A stretch of 64,000 bases of DNA, from the NCBI GenBank assembly GCA_965198225.1, contig CBDAOY010000005.1:160001-224000 (forward strand), written 5' to 3'. The translations under genes were made by a program, and so were the position numbers. Below the pieces are notes generated by a model. That model did no database searches. It was not told the origin of the DNA and saw only the letters and a program-made list of their open reading frames with translations. Source of the stretch: Terriglobia bacterium (GTDB lineage Bacteria; Acidobacteriota; Terriglobia; 20CM-2-55-15). Of the stretch, positions 1 to 10,870 are shown piece after piece. Each line of letters opens with the position of its first letter. The first letter of the stretch is position 1.

Positions 1-67
1 CCCCCCGGGGGATGCGAACAGTCCCAATACCATGTCCTGCAAACAGCTCTCCATTGTTCCACCCACG

Positions 68-136
68 TGTAGGTACGGTCTATGACCGCACAATCGTATC
101 GAACCGGAAGATGTGCGGTCATAGACCGCACCTACA
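68..136. repeat. GTAG-type REP doublet (REPIN-like)
   Basis: TGTAGGTACGGTCTATGACCGCAC ... GTGCGGTCATAGACCGCACCTACA inverted pair; same unit recurs at 4452, 6450, 9648, 54920, 59181. Confidence 0.85.
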
Positions 137-180
137 GTTCCATATGGCAGCGGCACTCGGACGACGGCGATTGGGGCCGG

Positions 181-810
181 CTATGGTCGGCATCTGGACT
201 GCATCCATTGACGGATCTCTGGTAGTTCCCGTTCAAGGTCGATCGTATGTGGCTTCGGGAATTCCCGGTAATCTATTCTGAAACCTCCGGTGTTGAGTCG
301 CCGGATTTGTTCACGGGTGCTTGCCACAGGCAGCAGTTCATCTTCAGTGCCGTGCGTTATGAGCCAGTCTCCTTGATTCACCTCTGGGTTCAGTTCTCGT
401 AGAAGTGCTTCAGGATCGTACACGTATCCGCTGATCCCGATATAGCCTGCCAGACGGCGTGCGTGCCTCGCTGCAAATTCGAGAGTCAGGAGACAGCCCT
501 GCGAGAATCCGAAAAGAAAAGTCCGCTCCGGCAAATACCCGTCGTTCTCCGTCTGCGTAAGCACCTCCTCGAGCAGCGTTCGGGACCGGACGATTCCAGG
601 AAGCTGATCCGGTGGCAGGTCGTACCAGCTGAAGCCCACGTAGTAGGCGTTGGGTGCGCTGAGCAGAAGGAAGTCCAGGGAATCGATTGCGAGTGCCTCC
701 TGCAACCAGAGAAAGCCATTCGCCGAATCGCCACGTCCATGCAACACAACTACCAGTTGTTTGGTGGACAAACGCGCCGGCTGCCATACATGTGCAAGCG
801 GTAGATTCAT
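181..810 (-). CDS. phospholipase/carboxylesterase (alpha/beta hydrolase)
   Basis: LHGRG, GFSQG nucleophile elbow, HGTEDELLP, C-terminal His. Confidence 0.9.
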   Translation of the reverse strand: MNLPLAHVWQPARLSTKQLVVVLHGRGDSANGFLWLQEALAIDSLDFLLLSAPNAYYVGFSWYDLPPDQLPGIVRSRTLLEEVLTQTENDGYLPERTFLFGFSQGCLLTLEFAARHARRLAGYIGISGYVYDPEALLRELNPEVNQGDWLITHGTEDELLPVASTREQIRRLNTGGFRIDYREFPKPHTIDLERELPEIRQWMQSRCRP

Positions 811-1128
811 TCTCTCTCGACCGAAGCATCCGATCTCGATGCGTGCAGGACCGATTGGCAGACTCTGCCGAGGTTTCCTGAGGCCGCGATTAATTCCTCA
901 AACCTCTGAGAAGTTGGCTTGGCATTCCTCACCTGCCAAGGTTAACCCGGGTATGCCGCGCAAAAATTGAGCGAAGTCTTCGCAATCTTGTCAGCATTCA
1001 ACCAGGGGGTTCTCGTACTTTGGGATTCTGTTTGTCCCTAGTCTCCTCCCGTGATTAGATTCTTGCGGAAGCCAGCAGGTGTCTGGAAATACAGAACAAG
1101 CGGAAGAGCGTTCCGCGGGGGATCGTGG

Positions 1129-1659
1129 GTGGATACAGAGAACCGCGAAGTCCGGATTGAGCGTGGGACCGAGCGAGACGTTCCAGTCATTCTGCGCTTG
1201 ATCAAGGGCCTTGCAGAATACGAAGAGCTTTCCGGGGAAGTGACCGCCACTGAGGAAGGACTACGGGAGTCTCTTTTCGGGAGGAACCCGGCTGCCGAGG
1301 TGCTCATCGCCTACGTCGATACCGAGCCGGTCGGTTTTGCAGTCTTCTTTCAGACTTATTCCACTTTCCTTGGCCGTCAGGGTCTGTACCTGGAAGATCT
1401 GTTCGTATTGCCACAGTGGAGGAAGCGAGGATATGGCCGGCAGCTGTTGGCGCGCGTGGCAATGATAGCCGTGGAGCGTGGATGCGGTCGCATGGAGTGG
1501 TCGGTACTCGACTGGAATCAACCGGCCGTGCGACTCTACAGGAGCCTTGGTGCGCGGGCCATGGATCAATGGACCGTTTACCGGCTGACTGGAGACGATC
1601 TTCAGCGGCTCGCTTCGGGTAGCGACACTGAGCCTGTTTCGCCAGACGAGGCTGGATAG
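1129..1659 (+). CDS. GNAT N-acetyltransferase (SSAT/diamine acetyltransferase-like)
   Basis: LIKGLAEYE, YSTFLG..LYLEDLFV..RKRGYG, WSVLDWNQPA..LY motifs; GTG start at 1129 chosen after GGGGGA. Confidence 0.88.
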   Translation: MDTENREVRIERGTERDVPVILRLIKGLAEYEELSGEVTATEEGLRESLFGRNPAAEVLIAYVDTEPVGFAVFFQTYSTFLGRQGLYLEDLFVLPQWRKRGYGRQLLARVAMIAVERGCGRMEWSVLDWNQPAVRLYRSLGARAMDQWTVYRLTGDDLQRLASGSDTEPVSPDEAG

Positions 1660-1686
1660 CGGGCAATTGGAGTTGCGACTTACTCC

Positions 1687-2166
1687 TTACGCCATACTCT
1701 TGGCAGCCGACCGCTGCTTCACTTTCAGGGTAATGCCGCCGGTTATCGCTGCGAGAACTACGGCGATAACCATCCACGACCCGAAATTCAGCATCGGCAG
1801 CAGCAGGTATCCTTGCAACGGCGTTACGCCTTCGCCGACCGGTCCCAGGCTATCGGTCTGAAAACGCAAGCTGTCGATCTGATAGACGTAACCCAGAACA
1901 TAAGTGATGGCCACAGCCACGCGGACGGGTACGGCCCACATCACTGTAGTCTTGATAAGCGTAACGAAAGGCTTTTCGAATCCCAGTTCGAGAATCTTTA
2001 TCGCGAAGTAGACCGGAAACAGCATGTGCAGCCAGGCCACGCCGAAAATCATACTCACGGCGGTGGGCGCGCCAAACACTTCCACGGTTGCACGGACGAG
2101 GGTCACCGCAAGCGCGATCAGAATAGGCATCTTGATGAGTTTGATGAGATCGCTTCTGTCAGCCAT
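1687..2166 (-). CDS. hypothetical integral membrane protein (~4 TM)
   Basis: 159-aa ORF with four hydrophobic segments; AGGAG RBS upstream. Confidence 0.75.
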   Translation of the reverse strand: MADRSDLIKLIKMPILIALAVTLVRATVEVFGAPTAVSMIFGVAWLHMLFPVYFAIKILELGFEKPFVTLIKTTVMWAVPVRVAVAITYVLGYVYQIDSLRFQTDSLGPVGEGVTPLQGYLLLPMLNFGSWMVIAVVLAAITGGITLKVKQRSAAKSMA

Positions 2167-2352
2167 TCCTACAGCTCCTTATCGTTGGTCAGATTTGGGC
2201 GTAACTCAACCACCGACGCCCCGGACATTTGAGGACTTATTCCACCCGTAAATAAGACTACAGAAAAAAGTTGGGGTCAATTGAGTCTCTTTCCAGTTTG
2301 AAGAAATCGAAAGCTTCAATTGACACCGCCTCTTTGAGGTTCGGCGGGGCAT

Positions 2353-4275
2353 CTACAGCAGCGTCATGGCGCGCCCGACTTCGTGTTCACTGCCGATCAG
2401 GAGGACGTGGTCTCCCTGCTGTAGCACGAAATCCGGCGCTGGGTTCATGAAGACTTCTTCCCCACGCTGCACGGCAATGACGGTGGCGCCGCTCTTCGAG
2501 CGGATAGCGAGCTCTCCGATGGAGGACCCGGCTGCGACGTCGCGCACCACCGCGTCGAACGGCCGTATCGAAGAGTCGGTCCGGATGCTGGGTGGCCTGG
2601 AGCCGCGCAGCGGTTCGTAGCGGTCTTGACGAATTCCGAGGATGGCTGCGTCGATCTTTGACGGATGGAATCCCAGTCTGTCGAGCAAGCGCCGCATGAT
2701 CGTCAGCGACGTCTCGAACTCTTCAGTGACGACCGTGTCGGCCCCCGCTTCGTAAAGTGGCTCGATCTCCGACTCGTAGCGAGTTCGGGCAATGATGAAG
2801 GCCGAACGGTTGAGCCGCCGGGCGGTGGCAAGGCTCCGGCGCGTTGCGACAGGGTCGGATATGGCAAATACGATCGAATTGGCGTTCCCAACGCCCACAC
2901 TCTCGAGCACAGCGTCGCTGATAGCGTCCCCGTAACGAATCGGCACGCCAGCGGCGCGTGCAGTCTTGACCCTTTTCGGATTGAGTTCGAGCGCGAAGTA
3001 CGGCAGATTGGATGCCTCGAGCAGCGACGCAACGTTCCTCCCGTTCAGCCCGTATCCGACGATGACAGTGTGATCCTTGAGCCCGGGCTCCTTGCCTTCG
3101 GTCCCGGTGGCGCGGCTGCGCCGCGTTCCGGGCACTCGCTCGGCCAGCGCCACCGCCACTGGTGAGAGAACCATCGTGACGAGGATCGTGGCCAGTATCA
3201 GTTGTTCGACGTTGCGTGCCAGCAGGGCATCCGGCTGCGCGGCGCGCAGGAGTACGATCGAGAACTCGCCGATTTGAGCCAGCAGCAGGCCGACGGCCAC
3301 GGCGATCCGGAGCGGGAAACCCAGTGCCCGGACGACACCCGTGGTGACGGCACCCTTGACAACCATTACGGCGATCGCCGCGCCGAGGATCGTCAGTGCG
3401 TTGTCGAAGATGAAACGGGGGTCGAGTAGCATCCCGATCGAAACGAAGAACAGGCTGTTGAACGTCTCGCGGAAAGGCAGCACGTCGGAGAGAACCTGAT
3501 GGCTGTACTCGGATTCGGAGATCACGAGCCCGGCAACGAACGCGCCGAGGCCCTCGCTGACGCCGAAGCGTGAGCTGGTCCAAGCGATTGCGGCCACGGT
3601 CAGGATGATCGACAGAATGAAGATGTCTCGGCTGCGCGCCTCGACCGTCTTTGAGATGAACCGGGGCACGATCGCCCGCGCAAGGAACAGGATCGCCACG
3701 ATGGCGACCACCGATACCGCAAATGTACGGGCCAGCTCGACGGCCCCCAGAGCCACGGTACCAGTGACGAACGGCAGAAAAAGCATCATCGGCACGACCG
3801 CCATGTCCTGGAACACCAGAATGGCCAGCGAGACGCTGCCCTGGGCGGACTGCGACTGGCCCCTCTCGTGCAGCAGCCGGAGGCCGATCACGGTACTGCT
3901 GAGTGCCGTCAGCATGCCCACGAACACCGCGAGTCTCATCGATCCGCCGACAAGGGAAACGGCCGCAACCGCGAGAAGCCCGGTCAGCAGGACTTGGCCG
4001 CTGCCTCCTCCAAGGACCGCCCACCGCATCTTCCGGATTTTTTCAGTGGAGAACTCCACGCCGATCGAAAACAGGAGGAGCATCACGCCAATGTTCTCCA
4101 TCCGCTGTACTTCGTCGATGGATGCAATCAGGGCCAGTCCCGACGGCCCGATGATGGCGCCGGCCACCAGGAAACCCGTGATCGTCGACAGGCGAGCGGC
4201 GCGGAAAAGGTAGGAGACGAACACAGCCGCTCCGAACAGGATGGTCAGGTCGCGAAGGAAAGTTGTGTGTTCCAT
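2353..4275 (-). CDS. CPA2 cation:proton antiporter with TrkA-N/TrkA-C domains (KefB/KefC-like)
   Basis: LLLFSIGVEFS, LSSTVIG, FQD, LAQIGEFS, GYGLNG Rossmann, C-terminal RCK_C. Confidence 0.92.
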   Translation of the reverse strand: MEHTTFLRDLTILFGAAVFVSYLFRAARLSTITGFLVAGAIIGPSGLALIASIDEVQRMENIGVMLLLFSIGVEFSTEKIRKMRWAVLGGGSGQVLLTGLLAVAAVSLVGGSMRLAVFVGMLTALSSTVIGLRLLHERGQSQSAQGSVSLAILVFQDMAVVPMMLFLPFVTGTVALGAVELARTFAVSVVAIVAILFLARAIVPRFISKTVEARSRDIFILSIILTVAAIAWTSSRFGVSEGLGAFVAGLVISESEYSHQVLSDVLPFRETFNSLFFVSIGMLLDPRFIFDNALTILGAAIAVMVVKGAVTTGVVRALGFPLRIAVAVGLLLAQIGEFSIVLLRAAQPDALLARNVEQLILATILVTMVLSPVAVALAERVPGTRRSRATGTEGKEPGLKDHTVIVGYGLNGRNVASLLEASNLPYFALELNPKRVKTARAAGVPIRYGDAISDAVLESVGVGNANSIVFAISDPVATRRSLATARRLNRSAFIIARTRYESEIEPLYEAGADTVVTEEFETSLTIMRRLLDRLGFHPSKIDAAILGIRQDRYEPLRGSRPPSIRTDSSIRPFDAVVRDVAAGSSIGELAIRSKSGATVIAVQRGEEVFMNPAPDFVLQQGDHVLLIGSEHEVGRAMTLL

Positions 4276-4451
4276 AACAAACCAGCCAGAGACACTGCCG
4301 CAGCCCGACTATTCTGACACGTCTTGCATTGTGGATGGTGGCAACACCGTCTATCGACTTCGGGGCGCTGCGTTGGTTCGATCATGAATCGTCCTTGTCC
4401 AAGACAGCTCTTGGAGAGCTGGACTTTGGAGAAGCCTAAGTCCTAAGGGAG

Positions 4452-4521
4452 GTGTAGGTGCGGTCTATGACCGCACACTCTGCGATCCGAAACGCTGTGC
4501 GCTCATAGAGCGCACCTACAC
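4452..4521. repeat. GTAG-type REP doublet
   Basis: GTGTAGGTGCGGTCTATGACCGCAC ... GTGCGCTCATAGAGCGCACCTACAC. Confidence 0.85.
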
Positions 4522-4727
4522 GTGATCTTGAGTTTCGCTCGTCTGGGGCACAGAGGCCTCTTCGGAGACTCGACGCTGCGTTTATTGATCCCAACCGGCT
4601 TATCCCGTGCTAGCCGGGTTCCTCCACAGGTTTTGGACAGCAATGGTCACGGATTGGGAAAACAGCGCTCTGAGGCTTACTTCCGGGATAAGATGACCGT
4701 CATCCTGTCGATTTCCTGGAGGTGGTG

Positions 4728-6438
4728 ATGAACAGGCGTCTTCTCTATCTGACCGGTTTGATTGCCGTTCTTCTCTGTGCGAGGGCCCTCGCACACAGCC
4801 AAGACGGGCACTCGCCCACGGTGGGGCGCTCCGTGGTTGCCACCGAGTTCGGCATTGTGGCGGCCAGCCAGCCCCTGGCGGCTCGGGCCGGTGTCGAGAT
4901 GCTCGAGCGTGGTGGCAACGCCATCGATGCGGCCATTGCAGCTAACGCCACGATCGGGCTGATGGAACCGACCGGCAACGGCATCGGTGGCGATCTCTTC
5001 GTTATCTACTACGAGGCGGAGACCGGGAGGACTTACGGGCTGAACTCCAGCGGATGGTCAGCGACGGGCCTGAGCGCACAATTCCTCAGGTCCAGGGGCG
5101 AGACCCGAATGCCGAGACGCACCATCTACAGCGTAACGGTCCCCGGAGTGGTCGCCGGCTGGGACGCTCTGCGCAGTCGATTCGGAACGAAGCCTTTTTC
5201 CGAGCTGCTGGCGCCTGCGATTTATTACGCCGAGAACGGATTTCCCCTTAGCGAAGTGATCGCCGGCGCGTGGTCCCGATCCCTCAGTATGTTGTCGGCC
5301 CACCCGAACTCGGCGAGCACCTTCCTGATCGATGGCCGTGCGCCCGAAGCGGGTGAGACCTTCCGCAACCCGGACCTCGCGCAATCGCTCCGGCTGATCG
5401 CACGGAACGGGCGGGACGCCTACTACGAGGGACCGATCGCGCAGGCGATCCTGCAGGTCTCGAAGGAGCAGGGAGGCACCTTCACCGCGGGGGATCTCGC
5501 TGAATTCGAACCGGAGTGGGTCACGCCCATCACGACGACCTACCGCGGGTGGAGGGTATCGGAAATCCCTCCCAACACGACGGGCATCGCCGCCCTGATA
5601 ATGCTCAACATCATGGAGCGATTTCCGCTGGACGAATGGGGCTTCCACAGTACGAAGGCACTCCACGTCATGGTTGAAGCCAAGAAACTGGCTTATGCCG
5701 ACATGATCCGCTACGTCGGCGATCCCCGGCTTTCGCGGCTCCCTGTCGAAACTCTTATTTCCAAGTCTCACGCCGAGGAACGCGCCACCCACATTGACAT
5801 GACCAGAGCGGCCTGCAGCGTCGAGCCGTCTCATCTGGAGGGATACACGAACGCCGAAGGCAACGACACAATCTACATGAGCGCCATCGACAAGGACGGG
5901 AATATCGTTTCGCTGATTCAGAGCAACTATTCCGGATTCGGGTCCGGCCTCGTGCCTCCGGGCACCGGCTTCATGCTGCACAACCGCGGCGACCTGTTCA
6001 CATTGGAGGAAGGCCATCCAAATACGCTGGCTCCACGCAAGCGGCCCCTCCACACGATCATCCCGGCGTTCATGGAAAAAGACGGCGTGCGGCTTCGGGA
6101 TAATGGGCGGATTCAACCAGCCCCAGGCGCACGCGCAGTTTGTGGCCAACGTTGCCGACTACGGGATGAACATCCAGGAGTCGCTCGAAGCAGGCCGTTT
6201 CACAAAAGGGACATTCGAGGGCTGCGACGTCAATATCGAAGCGCTGGTCCCCGCAGACGTGCGTCGAGAGCTGGCGGCTCTTGGACACGAAATCAACGTG
6301 GTCGCTCCTCGGACGGGGACCTTTGGCTACGGCCAGGCGGTGATGAGCGACCCATCGGGAATCCACTACGGCGCATCGGAGCCCCGCCACGACGGAGCGG
6401 CGATCCCCCAGATGCCGCCGGTGTTCCAGAAGAACTAG
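4728..6438 (+). pseudogene. ggt: gamma-glutamyltransferase, frameshifted near 6090
   Basis: Signal peptide, GGNAIDAAIA, NDTIY catalytic Thr, RKRPLHTIIP; the C-terminal GFGIMGGFNQPQAH...SEPRHDG continues in another frame from 6091. Confidence 0.85.
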
Positions 6439-6449
6439 CGCACGTAAGA

Positions 6450-6519
6450 GTGTAGGTGCGCTCTATGAGCGCTCGTTGTTTCGTTTCGAAGAGAGTGCGG
6501 TCACAGACCGCACCTACAC
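6450..6519. repeat. GTAG-type REP doublet between convergent genes
   Basis: GTGTAGGTGCGCTCTATGAGCGC ... GTGCGGTCACAGACCGCACCTACAC. Confidence 0.85.
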
Positions 6520-6552
6520 CTGGGTTTGCACCCGCCGTAGTACTTGCACGGG

Positions 6553-9102
6553 TCAGGGCTGCCGTCTCGTACCGCCTACCTGGGCCTGATACAGTTGACG
6601 TCCCCTCTCGAACGTCCGGATGACCTCCGCCTTGTGCGCCGGGTCGTCCCAGCGATCCATCGCCCTGAGCTCGGCCAGCGTCTCGTCGATCCACGCGACG
6701 AAGAACGCGGCATCGTCCGCCGAGCGGATCGGTTCCCCGTCGGCCACCACGAAGACGGGATTGGTGTGCGCGAACAGGTAGCTGTCCATAGCACCATGTT
6801 GGGTCGGGCCGAGAACCCGGGCGGCGATCCAGCCGCTCGCCTCGACTGGGACCTCCAGCTCTGCCTCGATCGACTTCGATCCGTTCGCCTCGACGGTGTG
6901 GATGATCTCGCCGTTTCGGATGATCTCCAGTCGGTCCATGGCGAAGATCGAACGCGCGGTGGCCGACACGTGCGCGACGTCACCTCGGGACGCGGCGAGT
7001 TCCTCTCCCATTCCCTGACCCGAAACGTCGAGGGATAGAATCGGTCCGCTGGTCACGAAGGCGCGGCCCTGTGCCATCGCGTTCGCCCACTCGTCATAGT
7101 CCAGCTCCTCCTCACCGGTGTAGACGTAGGCCCGCGTCGTCCCGACCGCCGGGTGGCGCCAGATGTCCGTCATCGTGTCGGTGCCGGCCGTGGCCGGGAT
7201 CCTGGATCCGGTGTTCAGCAGCCGGTACCACACCTCCGCGGTTCCGAGTTCGTCGCTCCATATGCAGGAGACGTCGACAAAATCCGCGACCCCCAGGATC
7301 GCGTCCACGGGGAGCTCTCGCGCTCCTCCGGGACCTGCTGCGACCGGATCGCGGTGATTCAGCCCGAACGGATGGACGTATCCGCCGATGCCACCCTGGT
7401 CGTGCACCCGTTCGAGCACCGATGCGTTGTCCGGATACAGGGCGTGGTGCGCGGTGCCGATGGAGCCGATGTAGAACGGCGTGATCAGCTCGACGAGGTT
7501 GAGCAGCGAGAGATGCGCGAAGTAGCTGGCCCGGTACTCCTCGTTGTAGTAGACGAGGGTCCGTTCGTCCCCGTGCGGATGGGGGTGTCCGAGGAAGTGC
7601 TCGAGGTCCTCGACCCTGCTGTTGCCCCAGTAGTTGGCGATCATCCCGTTCGCCACGTTCAGGTCCTCGGCCTGGGCCTTGTTCCTGAGATCGATCGGTC
7701 GGACGCGGTAGTGACCACCGTAATTGGGATGGATGTGGTTGTCCCCGGAGTACCAGCCCTCGGCGGCCATGTCGATCCAGCGGCTCATGTCGACCTCGAG
7801 GGTCGTCCACTCGCCGGCGCGTACATCGACCGTTCGCTGGACCGGCTCGTACTCGAAGCCCCGCCAGACCTCCAGATTGGCCTCGCCCACCGGGAGAGTC
7901 ACGGTGAAGCTGCCGTCGGTGTGGAAGTAGTAGTCCTCCGTGACGCTCACGACGCGCGGATAGCTGGAGTCGGGGAAGTAGCTGCGGCCGTCGGCGCCCT
8001 GAAGGTAGATGCGCGATGGGAGGAGTTCCCCGTCGGCGTCGCTCACCCGGATCCGAGCGCGGCCCATCGGCTCGGACCAGGCGTAGTCCTCGATGCGGAC
8101 GGGTTGTGGGACCCCGCCACCTCGACCGACGGTGTAGAGCCCAAATCCCATGTTGCTGTCCGCCGTGCGCTCCTGATCGGGCATGCCTCCGTTGCGCGCA
8201 TACGCGAGTCGCTGGCCGTCGGGGGACCATGTCGGGAAGTATTCGTCAGCCGTCGTGTGAGTCAAACGGACGGGCTGGATCCCTCGGGGCGACTTCTCGC
8301 TCGGGACGAGATACAGGTCGTTGTTTCCGGACGAATCGGTGATATACGCGACAGCCCCGCCGTGGGAAGCGACGACCGGCGCTGCCTGATAGTTTGTCTC
8401 TACCCGCAGCAACAGCTCCGCCTGCGAGGTCGCGGCGGTCCATCGCCAGAGCGAGCCCGAGCCCAACGCGGCTTCGCCGCGCCTGGAAACGAAGACCAGG
8501 TCTCCGCCGTCGCCGATCCAGTCGCCGGCCATGTTGTTCTGATCGTTCGCGACCAGGTGTTCCGCGACGTCGCGTTCCATGTCGTGGGCCCACAGATCGA
8601 ACGACCCGTTGCGCGCGGTCGTGAACAGGATTCGGGATCCATCCGGCGACCACCGGGGGCGCAAATCGAGGAACGGATCGGTCGTGATCCGGCGGGTTTC
8701 GCCGCTCTCCCGGTCCAGGACGTAGATATCGAAGTTCCCCTCGACATCAGCCGCATAGGCCACGCGCCGGCCGTCGGGCGACCAACTCGGTTGGGAGTGG
8801 TACCCCGGGCCGGTAGTCAACTGCTCGGCGACTCCCCCCCCCACGGGAACGTTCCAGATCCGCCCTTGATACGCGAAGGCGAGGGACCCGCCGTCGGGCG
8901 ACCAGGCCGGGTACGTCGGCGACGCGGTCACCGGGGGTGGAAAGTAGCTCTCCATGTACATCTTCCCTGCACCGCCGAAGCCACTCTCGGGGTAGCCGCC
9001 CACGAAGGGACCCGGATACCTGGAGAGGTCCTGGGCCACCGCGGGGAAAGCGGCGGCCAGCAGGGATGTGAGGAGGCTCGTCCGTATCCACTCTCGATTC
9101 AT
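6553..9102 (-). CDS. secreted TolB-like (PD40) beta-propeller fused to CehA/McbA-family PHP-like metallohydrolase
   Basis: Signal peptide, repeated PAWSPDG/PSWSPDG, WYSGDNHIH, NEEYR, YVHP, WYRLLN.G.RIP..AGTD. Confidence 0.85.
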   Translation of the reverse strand: MNREWIRTSLLTSLLAAAFPAVAQDLSRYPGPFVGGYPESGFGGAGKMYMESYFPPPVTASPTYPAWSPDGGSLAFAYQGRIWNVPVGGGVAEQLTTGPGYHSQPSWSPDGRRVAYAADVEGNFDIYVLDRESGETRRITTDPFLDLRPRWSPDGSRILFTTARNGSFDLWAHDMERDVAEHLVANDQNNMAGDWIGDGGDLVFVSRRGEAALGSGSLWRWTAATSQAELLLRVETNYQAAPVVASHGGAVAYITDSSGNNDLYLVPSEKSPRGIQPVRLTHTTADEYFPTWSPDGQRLAYARNGGMPDQERTADSNMGFGLYTVGRGGGVPQPVRIEDYAWSEPMGRARIRVSDADGELLPSRIYLQGADGRSYFPDSSYPRVVSVTEDYYFHTDGSFTVTLPVGEANLEVWRGFEYEPVQRTVDVRAGEWTTLEVDMSRWIDMAAEGWYSGDNHIHPNYGGHYRVRPIDLRNKAQAEDLNVANGMIANYWGNSRVEDLEHFLGHPHPHGDERTLVYYNEEYRASYFAHLSLLNLVELITPFYIGSIGTAHHALYPDNASVLERVHDQGGIGGYVHPFGLNHRDPVAAGPGGARELPVDAILGVADFVDVSCIWSDELGTAEVWYRLLNTGSRIPATAGTDTMTDIWRHPAVGTTRAYVYTGEEELDYDEWANAMAQGRAFVTSGPILSLDVSGQGMGEELAASRGDVAHVSATARSIFAMDRLEIIRNGEIIHTVEANGSKSIEAELEVPVEASGWIAARVLGPTQHGAMDSYLFAHTNPVFVVADGEPIRSADDAAFFVAWIDETLAELRAMDRWDDPAHKAEVIRTFERGRQLYQAQVGGTRRQP

Positions 9103-9320
9103 TTCATTCTCCCTTGATGCGCATCCACATCGACCACCTCACTCGTGACTCATCGAGGCGGGACGGCGTCGACCTCTTGAGGAAAGACGAGATAAGAGGC
9201 CATTAGATTGATAAAGCTGGGGTGAGTATGTGGCGATTTCGCGGCTCCAGCAAGGAGAATACGGTCCGGGTCGAGGACGGTGCCTTGGGGATCAACCTGG
9301 TTGGGTCGAAGCCCCAGCGA

Positions 9321-9488
9321 CTACATGGACCGCCCGATTCGATAGCCCAGCAATATCCCAGTCACACCGCCAGCGAAGGAGAACAGGAGGCCGGCGATGG
9401 AGAGCATTTCGCCGCCCCACAGTGAAGGTATGTATCCTCCAACTGTCGATCCGATCAACAAGCCGCCCCAAGTGAATTTCTTGCTCAC
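9321..9488 (-). CDS. unannotated 55-aa glycine-rich membrane protein
   Basis: GTG at 9488 after GAGGA; MSKKFTWGGLLIGSTVGGYIPSLWGGEMLSIAGLLFSFAGGVTGILLGYRIGRSM*; below ORF-track cutoff. Confidence 0.7.
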   Translation of the reverse strand: MSKKFTWGGLLIGSTVGGYIPSLWGGEMLSIAGLLFSFAGGVTGILLGYRIGRSM

Positions 9489-9647
9489 GGTTAGTCCTCA
9501 CCCTACGACCCGCACCGCGTTTCAATCAAGCGATTAGAAACATCGGCTGAACAATAGCCTTGGGCTTAGACTCTTAAGCGTAAGGCCCCGAGAAGGTCGG
9601 CACTGCCGTCAGGGAAACCTTCGCTTAGAAGCCCGTCCAAAACGGAG

Positions 9648-9672
9648 GTGTAGGTGCGGTCTATGACCGCAC
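9648..9672 (+). repeat. single GTAG-type REP
   Basis: GTGTAGGTGCGGTCTATGACCGCAC without an inverted partner. Confidence 0.75.
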
Positions 9673-9823
9673 TCTCTTCGAACCGAGACGCCGGCGCCAA
9701 CCTGGCTGCGGTTATTGTTTACGTGATGGCGCCGGTAGGATGACTAAACAGCCAGATGATAGTTTGGCTTTCAGATTCTCTGCTTTGGGACGTTTTTTGC
9801 TGTGGAGACCCCAAGGAGGACAC

Positions 9824-10828
9824 ATGAGGTTCACATTCGCTGAGACCGACAGAAGGCTGACGGGCGCTTTCGTTGTCATAGTCAGTCTGCTCCTGCCCTT
9901 CTCCGCGGGCGCTCAGACGCGGGCGGCCGGGCCATGGTGGCCGAACGCACAATGGGGCCCCGAGGATCAGGCTGGCGCCTCGAACCGGATCACCGAGCAA
10001 AAGGTAATGGAAGCGTTGCAGCTCGCGACGACCGGGAAGGTCTACGAACTCGGGCAGGTTTACGAACCGGGCATGCCGTTGTACGGCACGCGAAGCTACT
10101 CCATGGTGCTTCCCGCAAAGGGCCCTGCAAGCGCGGAGAACCGACTCGTGGCCAACGAGGAATTCCTGTCGACTCAGATCGGGCAGGTGGGCACACAGTT
10201 CGACGGACTGGGCCACATCGGCCAGGAAATCACGATGGACGACGGCAGAGTCGAGTACATCTTCTACAACGGCTTCACCGCACCAGAGATGGACACGCCG
10301 AGCGGACTACAAAGGCTGGGAATAGAGCACGTCAAGCCGATCATCACGCGCGGCGTCCTGATCGACATTGCGGGCTACAAGGGCGTGCCTCGCCTGCCCA
10401 ACAGGTATGAAGTGACCGTCAACGACGTCCTCGGTGCGCTCGAACGTCAGGGTATGTCCGAGGCCGACGTGAGGCCCGGCGACGCCGTTCTCTTCCGGTA
10501 CGGGTGGTCGTCGCTCTGGGATCAGCCGGAGGCGTACAACGTCGATCCGCCCGGTATCGGCTTGGGCGTCGCCCGGTGGGTCGCCGAGCGGCAGGCCACG
10601 ATGATCGGCAGCGACTCCTGGTGCAGTGAGGTCGTGCCGAGTTCCGGGCAGGGGTTGGCCTTCCCGGTACATCAGGAGCTCATGATGAAGAACGGCATCT
10701 TCAACCTGGAGAACATGCAGTTTGATGAGCTCGTGGCCGACGGTGCCAACGAATTCCTATTCATCGTGACGCCCATCCGATTCAAAGGGGCTACGGGTTC
10801 GCCCGTGCGTCCGATCGCGATTCGCTGA
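9824..10828 (+). CDS. cyclase-family (kynurenine formamidase-like) metal-dependent hydrolase, secreted
   Basis: WGPEDQAG, QVGTQFDGLGH, RGVLID, FPVHQEL...ENM, GATGSPVRPIAI; AGGAGG RBS before ATG 9824. Confidence 0.88.
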   Translation: MRFTFAETDRRLTGAFVVIVSLLLPFSAGAQTRAAGPWWPNAQWGPEDQAGASNRITEQKVMEALQLATTGKVYELGQVYEPGMPLYGTRSYSMVLPAKGPASAENRLVANEEFLSTQIGQVGTQFDGLGHIGQEITMDDGRVEYIFYNGFTAPEMDTPSGLQRLGIEHVKPIITRGVLIDIAGYKGVPRLPNRYEVTVNDVLGALERQGMSEADVRPGDAVLFRYGWSSLWDQPEAYNVDPPGIGLGVARWVAERQATMIGSDSWCSEVVPSSGQGLAFPVHQELMMKNGIFNLENMQFDELVADGANEFLFIVTPIRFKGATGSPVRPIAIR

Positions 10829-10870
10829 ACGCCCCTCGATCGACCGCGGAGGAAACTGGGTACATGTCGG

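Noticed and set aside
1129-1659. GNAT as part of the polyamine locus
   Set aside because: About 10 kb away with unrelated genes between; SSAT-like GNATs are widespread and substrate cannot be inferred
6081-6105. Programmed frameshift in ggt
   Set aside because: No slippery heptamer at the junction and residues appear to be missing (GV/GFG); better explained by a small deletion or error
7153-9117. Long antisense ORFs (also 28777-30351, 30694-32421, 55892-57373, 61176-62693, 42850-44010)
   Set aside because: Shadow frames of GC-rich genes with clear family motifs on the opposite strand; no recognisable motifs of their own
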